From Eledone cirrhosa (lineage: Eukaryota): 64,000 bases of DNA. The notes below the pieces were generated by a model. The model ran no database searches. It was not told the DNA's origin and worked only from the letters and a program-made list of their open reading frames with translations. The first letter of the stretch is position 1. The number at the start of each line of letters is the position of its first letter. The DNA is taken from NCBI GenBank assembly GCA_964016885.1, contig OZ024746.1, positions 92,876,001-92,940,000 of the forward strand, written 5' to 3'. A program made the position numbers and the translations under genes. This document shows positions 55,240 through 64,000 of the stretch, piece by piece.

Positions 55240-56085
55240 TGTATATCCAAATGGAACCTGAACTGATAAGGTCTGGTTTATCGGGTATGTCACTATTTAT
55301 AAAACAAATTTTGTATTTTATCTGATGAGAGCTTACCAAAGTTTTTTAGGTACCATTGAAATCATCATCATCATCACCATTTTACGTCCGTTCTTCCACG
55401 CTAGCATGGGTTAGACGGGCTGTCTTGTTGTGGTAGTGTCCAGTCGGCTGACCTTGTCTTGCTCATACGGGAACTGATTCTGGCTTGATTTCTACAGCTG
55501 GATGCCCTTCCTAACACCAACCTCATTTACAGTGAGTGCTGGGTACTTTTTTGCTGTGGCACCTCCATGACCACTTTGCAGTGGAATGATAGTGACCCCA
55601 GTCCCTATCATCTCATTTCTACAGCTGAGTAAACTGGAGCAATGTGAAATAAAGTGTCTTGCTCAAGGAAACAACACATCACCCGGTCTGAGAATTGAAC
55701 TCACAACCTTTCGATTGCAAGGCCAATGCTCTAACCACTAAACCATGTGCCTATATAAAACGATGATGATGATGATGATAATATATATACACATATATAT
55801 ATATATATATGTGTATATACACGTATATGGGTATATATATATATATATAAAACAATGATGATGATATATGTGTGTGTATTTATTTTGATAACTAATTTGT
55901 TCAGTTATTACCACTATACTACTAAATCAATGAGAATACTTTTTTAAAATTTATTTTAGTTACCATTGTGTAAAGATAGTGTGTATGGCACATGGTTGCA
56001 CTACAATGGATATACAAAACACACGGTCCGAGAATTGAACTCACAAACTTTCGATTGCAAGCCCAATGCTCTAACCACTGAGCCA

Positions 56086-56820
56086 TCATCATCATCATCA
56101 TCTTCGTTTAACGTCCACTTTCCACGCTAGCATGGGTTAGACGGGAGTTGTCCCACTTGAGGCAAGGTTTGGTCAGGTGACCGTGTCTCGCTCATATAGG
56201 ACTATCTGGCAGGTTTTCTACGACTGGATGCCCTTCCTAACACCAACCACATTTACAGTGTGGAACTGGGAACTTTTTACCGTGTTACCTACACGGCCAC
56301 ATTACAGCATGGACTGTGTGTTTTTTTCTCGTGACACCTACACGATCTCGATCTCATTTATCTCATTTATTTGGACTGGATGTTGTGGTACCAACTTTAT
56401 AGAGAGAGCGTGGTGTTGGTGGGAGTGGGAGGATGGGGTAGTGGATTGGGGTGTATATATGGTTAAGAGGTGCCTACTGACTGTAGGTTTCGCTTTGTAC
56501 AAAGGCAAGGCTGGTCTTCTGTATTACTGTGTAGCGCCAAAGATCTCGGTCCAGTGACATTGTCTTAGAGAGGTGCAAGTGTGTAAGTTCGGAATTTATC
56601 AGATCGTCCCAGGCTTTTCTGGGTCTACCTACTCCGTAACTACCATCAATTTTGATCGCCCTGCACTTTTTTATACAGCTGTCGTCTTTCATGCACATCA
56701 CGTGGCCATACCAACGTAGTCTTCTCTCGAGTAAACAGCATCTGATCCCTCTTATTCATAATTTCTCACTTAGTTCACTTATGCTTTGCCGTTCACGTAT
56801 ATTACTATTACACATCCAAC
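56086..56820 (-). mobile_element. Third copy of the PHD-RTE family (3' part)
   Basis: [16 protein letters not shown]...GRPRKAWDDL; same 3' UTR and (GAT)n tail. Confidence 0.9.
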
Positions 56821-57096
56821 AGATATATAATAAAATAAATATGGTTTTATAAATATAGTTTCCATTTATTAATATCATTGATATTATACTCCAGGAAATC
56901 TGTAGAGTGCTTCGAATCTGTTATAGTAAACAAATTTGTTGAATTACCAGCAAATTAAATATCTCTTTGCTTATATATATATATATCATCATCACCGTTT
57001 AGCATCCATTTTCCATGCTATCATGGGTTAGATGGGTTGTTCTATTTGAGGCAAGTTGAGGTCAGATGACCATGTCTTGCTCATAAAGATTTGGGA

Positions 57097-57168
57097 CCCG
57101 ACAGCTGAGCTCTTGCCATTTCAATGGCTGGAACTAGTTATTGAAATGACAAGAGCCCAGCCATCGGG
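57097..57168. repeat. 35-bp imperfect hairpin
   Basis: 57097-57131 pairs with 57134-57168 (4 mismatches, 3 G-U pairs on the + strand). Confidence 0.8.
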
Positions 57169-57614
57169 TGGGTCCTGACTTTTTATTATAAAACCATACC
57201 CTACTACCCCAAGTATCGAGTAATTAGTTAGCAGTCAGGGAATCACTCAAGACCATATGATTGTGAACCAACCCATCACCTTACCACACAGCCACTCACC
57301 TTTACTCTACTAAAATAACACACCTTTTTATGAATGCTTTCTGTAGAATATTACTACCTTCTGTAAAATAACACACCTTTTTTCTATTAAAGAGAAAAAC
57401 AAAAATGTATTTTTACTTGGTACCTTTCTTTCTGCCCCCCCCCGCCTCTTTTCTGTTTTTTAAATGTTTTATCTCAGACTTCTCCAGGGATATTTTCTTC
57501 TTCTTCTTCTATGGTTATTAAAGGAAATCTTTCTTTCAGTACCTTCACATTATTACTTTGGCTATCGTGGCGAGAGAAAGAGAAAAACAAATATCTCTCA
57601 TTTTCTCTCTCTGC

Positions 57615-57646
<32 letters not shown>

Positions 57647-57809
57647 ATGGGAGATTCTTCTATCACTATATACATATAGAGGGATATATATATACCTCTT
57701 TACGTATATAGTGGCAGAAGAATCTCTTATATATATATATATATATATTCTAACCCATGCTAGCGTGGAAAATGAACGTTAAACGAAGATGATGATGATG
57801 ATGATGATG

Positions 57810-57846
<37 letters not shown>

Positions 57847-57848
<2 letters not shown>

Positions 57849-58385
57849 TCATCATCATTTTACGTCCGCTTTTCCCTGCTTGCAAGGGCGGGATGGGTCC
57901 TATTCAGCACAGCATCTCTCCACTTGTTACGGTCCTTGGTCATCTCCACTGTGAGCTTCAGCGATCTCAGGTCTGCCCTCATCACCTCCGCCCATGTTTT
58001 TCGTGGTCTACCTCTACCATGTCTTCCTTCAACTGGGATTTCCTAGCACTTCTTTACTCATCGGTCATCCTCCATGCGCATCACATGTCCATACCACCTC
58101 AGTCTCCTCTCCCGCACACAACAATTTATCCCTCTCAGACACAGTTTCTCTCTCAACACATCCGTGCTTGGTTGTTCACGCACATTGACATTGCACATCC
58201 AACGGAGCATGTTTGCCTCATTTCTCTCCAGCTATCGCACATCCTCTGCAGTTGATGCCCGTGTCTCACTACCATGCAGCATCGCGCTCCTCACACAGGC
58301 ATCATATAACCGACTTTTCGTACGCAGGGAGAAACCCTTCTTCGTCAGCAGAGGAAGCAGCTCCCTAAACTTCTTCCAACCTATG
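57847..58385 (-). mobile_element. RTE LINE 3' fragment (related subfamily)
   Basis: [12 protein letters not shown]...MLHGSET...[13 protein letters not shown]...GRPRKTWAEV with in-frame stops; (GAT)n tail. Confidence 0.88.
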
Positions 58386-58669
58386 AGAAAGATTCTTCTA
58401 TAACTCTATATACATGCATATAGAAGGACGCACGCACGCACGCACGAGGGAGGGAGAGGTTTATAATTTTGTATAGTAGGGTAGTAGTATAAAGGAAGTG
58501 ATGGTTGAATGAAGAATTCTGGGTTATCCCCCCTCCTCCTTCTGTTAACGTTAGGAAGAAGCAGGGTTGGGGATGGAAACTGCATTACAGGGGTTTCTAG
58601 GATATGATGTTTGCTTCACTGACTTTATCAGTCAAGGGAGCATCTTATTCACATTACCTTAATGTATGT

Positions 58670-59210
58670 AGTGATGATGGTTGGTAGTAGTGGTGTTGGT
58701 GTTGTTACTGTTGGTAGTGGTGGTGGTGGTTAATGTGTATAGTGTTATAAGTGTTGTTGGTGGTTCATGGTAGTGTGTGGGTGTGATGGTGTTCATGGCA
58801 GTGACATCGGTGATGATTGTGATGGTGATGTCAGTGGTAGTGTTAATGGTGAAGATGGTGGTGTCGATTCTGTTGGTAGTGTTGATGGTAGTATTGATGG
58901 TAATGATGATGGTGGTTGTGGTGTCGGTGGTGGTGATGGTGATGTTGGTAGTGTTGATGGTGATGTTGGTAGTGTTGATGGTGATGGTGATGACGGTGGT
59001 GGTGATGATGTTGGTAGTGTTGATGGTGGTGGTGGTTGTGGTGGTGGTGATGATGGTGGTTGTGGTTGTGGTGGTGGTGATGATGATGGTGGTGGTAGTG
59101 GTAGTGGTGGTGGTGTTTGTGGTAGTGATGATGTTGGTAGTGCTGATGGAGATGATGTAAGTGGTAGTGTTGATGGAGAATGTGTTGTGTGTAGTGGTAG
59201 TTGGTGGTGA
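58670..59210. repeat. (GGT/GAT)n trinucleotide low-complexity tract
   Basis: Seen directly; source of the Gly/Asp, Val/Met and His-rich ORFs. Confidence 0.92.
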
Positions 59211-59492
59211 GGAGCATATTTTACACTCAGATTGTTGCAGTGTGGTATATAGAAAGAGTGCAGTGTGATGTGCAGAAAATGCTTTAAACTATTTGCAAAG
59301 TAATGGGAGGGGAGGGTTTTTAGTTTTTTTTTTTTCTTTAAGTATTCATATTTGTAGTTTTGTTATTGTATTTCCTAATATTATTCTTGTCTCTCAATAT
59401 TATTGCCTGCCTATTGCTATAAACATGGTTTATCTATACAGAGTTATTTTATTTTATGTGAGAATGTTTCCAAACATTTTCTTTTATATTAC

Positions 59493-59790
59493 CATCATCA
59501 TCATTATTTTTATGTCCCTTTTTCCATGCTTGTAGGAGTAAGACAATCCTCTTCAGTACAGCATCACTCCACTTGTCTTTCTCATTTGTCATCTCCATTG
59601 TGAGGTGTAATTTCTTGAGATCAGTTCTTACCACCTCTGCCAACATCACACTTGCTTCCAGGTGGAATTCCTGGTACTACTTATTCACCCAGCTATCATC
59701 ATCCATATGCATTACATGTCTGTACCAGAGCAACCTTCACTCCTGCATGCAACAGTTGATTCCTCTTATAGCAACAGTATATACTCATGT
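59493..59790 (-). mobile_element. Decayed RTE 3' fragment
   Basis: AEVVRTDLKKLHLTMEMTNEKDKWSDAVLKR, homologous to the end of the 57847 copy. Confidence 0.7.
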
Positions 59791-60544
59791 ATAAGTTGCA
59801 CTCTCATTTTACTTACAACATACCTAGCTCAGAACTTTGATTTTGTAGGTCCATTAGAAAAGTAACGTGCTGGTTTTTCCCCCACTTTTCTTTTGTTTGT
59901 GAAATAAAAGTTCAACTTGCACACCAGTATATAAGGTACTTTGTGACCATATTTCTAAAGAAATACATTCTAGTTCATTTAATTAATAATTTTGAAGGTT
60001 TTATTAAGATCATTTGATTACTAAAGTATTGACTTATTATATGGCTCTAATATAGAATTATGCTAGAATGTTTTAATTTAAATAAAAACTCTTTAAAGTG
60101 GGTGGTTTTTGATTCATAGAACTTGGGTTGTTATCAAAATGGGTAACTCTTTTGATACCAAACTGCCAGAAGGTGCCCCTGATTCTCTGATACAAAAGTT
60201 ATTATTTTAGTGTTTATATATATGTAAAAGACTTCCATCATAATTTTATGTAAGAATGTTTGTGTTCTAGACAACAGCTTAATGAGAAAGTTATATTACT
60301 AAAACCCTTGATTTTTTTTCAAAATTATTTGAAAAGAATAGACGGTGTGTTTTATTAGAAATATGGTATGTATGGTTCTGTAACTACTGGGCAGTCGTAG
60401 TGGCGCCTTATTGACATATGATGTTTCTTGGGCATTTAAAGCTTGGTGGAGCTCATCCCTCTCCAGGCCTGAGTACAGCAAATTTCTTCCAGAGAAAGAT
60501 AGAAAGTGAGAGAAAGGAAATGAGAAAGAGGCGTAGAGGAAGAA

Positions 60545-60700
60545 TCGATCCCAGTACTTGACTGGTACTTTTTTTTTTATCGTTCTCGAAAGGATGAAAG
60601 GCAAAGTTGACCTCGGCAGGATTTGAACTCCGAGAGCAGATAGCCGGAACGAATACGATAAAGCATTCTATACAATGTTCTAACGATTCTGCCAGTTTGC
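60545..60700 (-). mobile_element. tRNA-derived SINE
   Basis: Minus strand: TGGCAGAATCGTTAGAAC head, GAGTTCAAATCC B-box, central domain. Confidence 0.75.
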
Positions 60701-61564
60701 CACCTAGAAATATAGTAATGAATGTAATACTATTGGTATACTGGAGGTGAGATATTAAATATGTACCAGTAATGTATACAAAGAGTGAAAGGTAGAAATG
60801 TACTGGTAATGTCTTTGGTACACAAGGAATGGGAAGTAAAAATATACCAGTAATGTCTTTGGTATACAAGGAGGAGAAGGTAGATGTACCAGTATGTCTC
60901 TGGTGTACTGTTAACGTTGATTTTGTTTTTTGTGTGTTTGTTAGTCTATCTCCCCCCACCCCACCCAATACACACACATGAAAGGGAGAGAAATTAGATC
61001 ATGTTAATATTGAAGTATTAGCCATTGGCATTTGGAATGTAAGGGAATAATTATTTAAATTGGTTTCTATGGTGACTAAATTGTATGATAGTCTGAGTTT
61101 GTTGGGCGATGTATATATTTCCATATGGCTTCATGGCACCCAGTTTTATATTAATATTGATTTATTTATATATAATATTTGCCATATATATGTTAGGTGT
61201 GTAACTACAGTTAGAGGTGACGTACCATTTGAAGCACTCGATGCTGTTACGAGATCTTTCGTTTGGGTTGTATTCCAATGATACGTCTGTAGTAAGCAAT
61301 GTAAATAGAATTGAAAGAGTTGAAGTCAGTGTTGAAGCATATGTACAAACTTTATTTGCATATTACAATTGTTTCAATATTAATCAGCTCAGGGTACAAT
61401 CAAAGTGATGGAGCCTGACTCTTTTTCAAACATCTCATCAGATATGAAAGCTTATATGTGCAAAGACACATCTAAACTCATATATGTGTGCGTGTATTTA
61501 TGTATGCATGGGCCTGTAATTACTGATGGATTTATAGCAGCACTATAATGACATACATGTCTTA

Positions 61565-61830
61565 GGTATCACAGCTCTGATACTATGGACATGTGGTTAG
61601 AATGTCTCAGGAAAGAATTGTTGGGCAGATTTTACGGGCAAAACCAACCGACAGGAGACCCATGGGTAGACCCCGAGCAAGATGATTGGATAACATCCAT
61701 GAGCTTGGCTGGTCACACTTGGAGATCCAGCCTGGTCAGTTGGAGATGGTTGCTTATGACAGGACCTGCTGGACGAAGTGTTTGAGGACTCTGCCCCCAC
61801 AACTCTCTCAGGAATAAGTGAGTGAAGGAG
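61565..61830 (+). mobile_element. Rex3/Expander-like RTE 3' fragment
   Basis: SQL*YYGHVVRMSQERIVGQI...PTGDPWVDP; shared 3' tail. Confidence 0.72.
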
Positions 61831-62313
61831 AGCTTATCCCTCTCCAAGTCTGAATGCATCTGATTTCTTCCTCCATAGAGTGTGAGAGAGAGAGAGTGGA
61901 GGTGACAAAAAGATATAGAGTATTGGGTTAGTATTTTTTTAAAATCAATTTTGAAAGACAAAGTTGGTGAGATTTCATTGAAAGCATTCTATCTGATGCT
62001 CTAACAACTCTGCCAACTTGCTATACATGTAACAAATTGGCAGAGTTGTAAAGTGGTCATGCAGGAGTCACAACAAAAAAACACCCAGCACACACTGTAA
62101 ATGTGGTATGCATTAGGAGGGTCATCCAGCCAGAAATGGTTCTGTATGAGCAAGGCATTGTCACCTGACCCAACTTCCCTCATCATCATTGTTTTTACAT
62201 CTGCTTTTCCATGCTTGCCTCAAACGAGACAATGCCTCTAACCCATGTTAGCATGGAAAAATGGACGTAAAACGACGATGATGATATATATAATGTGTGT
62301 GTAAATGTATATA

Positions 62314-62344
<31 letters not shown>

Positions 62345-63764
62345 GTTTGTGTGTATATATTTATGTATATATTATATGTTTGTATATATTTATGTATATA
62401 TTATATATATATGTTTGTGTGTATATATTTATGTATATATTATATATACGTTTGTGTGTGTATATGCCAACTGTATATCATCATCTCTAACATTTTTCAT
62501 CCTCTTTTCATGATGTTTGTTGGGTAGGCTGGAGAACGTTTTCTTGCTCATACATTCCATTTTTGGCATCATTTCTATGGTTGGCTGCATTTTGTAGCAC
62601 CAACCTGAGAGAGGTTCTCATGTCCTTGAGAGGATCAAAGGGATCTTCTCTTCCTCTACCATCCTACATTGACTGCCTGTCTGTCTCTCTCTGCCTGTAT
62701 GTCTGCCTATCTGTCTGTCTAACCCCCCCCCCCCCCCTCTCTCTCTCTCTATCTACCTATCTATATAAACCAAGAAAGGGATTAAGAGGATGCTTCAGTT
62801 GTCAAAAGTAAAACTTCTCTAGTGTTGGTGATCTACATGATAAACACACCCTGTACACTCTAAAGTGGTCCGTGATAGGTAGTGCTTAGGAAACCGGCCA
62901 AAGAACGGGTAAGGAAGTCTCTTTAGTTGTGTTAACGATGTGACACCCTCATAAGTGCTGATGGCATTAAAAATGCACCTGGTGTACTCTGTAAATGAGA
63001 TGTGCAGCCCATTGCACGTCTGAGAAGTCAGTAGTAGCTCCAATTAAGTACTGACTTAGTCTGTGATGATATGTCGAACTCATGTTGGTGATAATGATGT
63101 TGATGATATTTGCCCAGTAAGCAGGCTTTAAAAGGGGAAATAAAGCAATCATGAAATAAATGGAAGCAGGAAATTGTGAAAAGAGAAGAAACAGAAAATA
63201 ATCGAGAAATAAATGAAATGAGTTGATCAGTAATGAGTGAAATAATTGTAATTGTTAGGATTTGTCATGGGGGAAAATCAAGGAAAATTATAGTTCAGTG
63301 AAGATTTGTCATGGGAGGAAAATCAAGGAGGAATTAGTAATCATTCATTTCTACTCCTTCTCCTTCCACTTAATTTAAGAAATTAATTGACATTTTTGTA
63401 GTGAATGGGATGATAGAATCCTTAAAGTTTGCAGTATCTTCATTGAAGGATATATGATAGCTTCATTGGTGGCTGGCTGGGTGGATAGGGAAGAGGTGGA
63501 GAGTTTCTGTTAGGTTTTGAGATGTCTTACAAGTGTGTGTGTAACATATCAATATCACCAACCTCATTATCATCATCGTTAGCATTAGAATCAATCGTTT
63601 TTATTGTCATCACCACCATTATTACTGTCACCATTACCATTGCTGTCACTGCCACTAGTTGTCACCACCATAGTCATCACCCACCATTATCATTGCCATC
63701 ACCATTGTCACCACTATTATCATTACCACCACCATCATCACTATCACTACCATTATCATATTTT

Positions 63765-63945
63765 GAATTGGCAGTATCGGTAGAGGGTCGGACGCCATGC
63801 TTTGACGCATAGTTACGACCCTTGCCATTCTGAGTTCAAATCCCGCTGAGGTTAACTTTGCCTTTCATCCTTACGGGGTCGATAAAATTAAGTACCAGTA
63901 ATGTATTGGGATAATTGCTGGCCTTGTGCCAATAGTAGAAACAAT
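63765..63945 (+). mobile_element. tRNA-derived SINE (well-preserved copy)
   Basis: TTGGCAGTATCGGTAGAGGGTCGGACGCC head, GAGTTCAAATCCC B-box, GAGGTTAACTTTGCCTTTCATCCTTACGGGGTCGATAAA; very similar to the 32875-33060 copy. Confidence 0.8.
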
Positions 63946-64000
63946 TATCATATTTTAAATGTCCATTTTCCATGCTGTCATAGATTAGACAAGTCTTTTC

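Noticed and set aside
55315-55350. CTGATGAGAGC...CAAAG possible hammerhead (similar weak case at ~39945-39975)
   Set aside because: No intact GAAA or convincing stems at 55315; the core is mutated at 39945.
58767-59217. Gly/Asp-, Val/Met- and His-rich ORFs (also Thr/Ser-rich at 47897-48400)
   Set aside because: Trinucleotide low-complexity DNA open in several frames at once; no exon evidence.
61246-61296. Minus-strand GAAAGATCTC with upstream CAGACGT, hammerhead-like
   Set aside because: The core deviates from CUGANGA and the spacing is off; at best a decayed relic.

Overview
AT-rich eukaryotic non-genic DNA. The SINE, RTE and MITE families and the microsatellite load look like a coleoid cephalopod, probably an octopus (inference from recalled repeat families, not a database hit). 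I found no host protein-coding exon; the window may lie inside a very large intron. Contents: a nearly intact 5'-truncated RTE LINE (113-2720); several RTE copies with a PHD finger inside ORF2; Rex3/Expander-like RTE 3' fragments; R4/Dong-like and CRE-like 3' fragments; a Penelope-like element with a GIY-YIG endonuclease; a decayed mariner; many TTAA (piggyBac-type) MITEs; tRNA-derived SINEs; and large micro/minisatellites that explain all the long Y/I/H/M-rich ORFs. The most interesting signals are non-coding. (1) A 467-bp unit with one complete minimal type I hammerhead ribozyme per copy occurs twice in tandem and once inverted, forming a ~1.07-kb palindrome (18805-20288); it resembles a retrozyme or Penelope pseudo-LTR and could release a 467-nt RNA monomer or circle. 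(2) Hammerhead-like motifs occur in at least three other, unrelated repeats, one with an unusual strand order. (3) There is a candidate recursive splice site (polypyrimidine-CAG|GTAAG) at 38966/38967.
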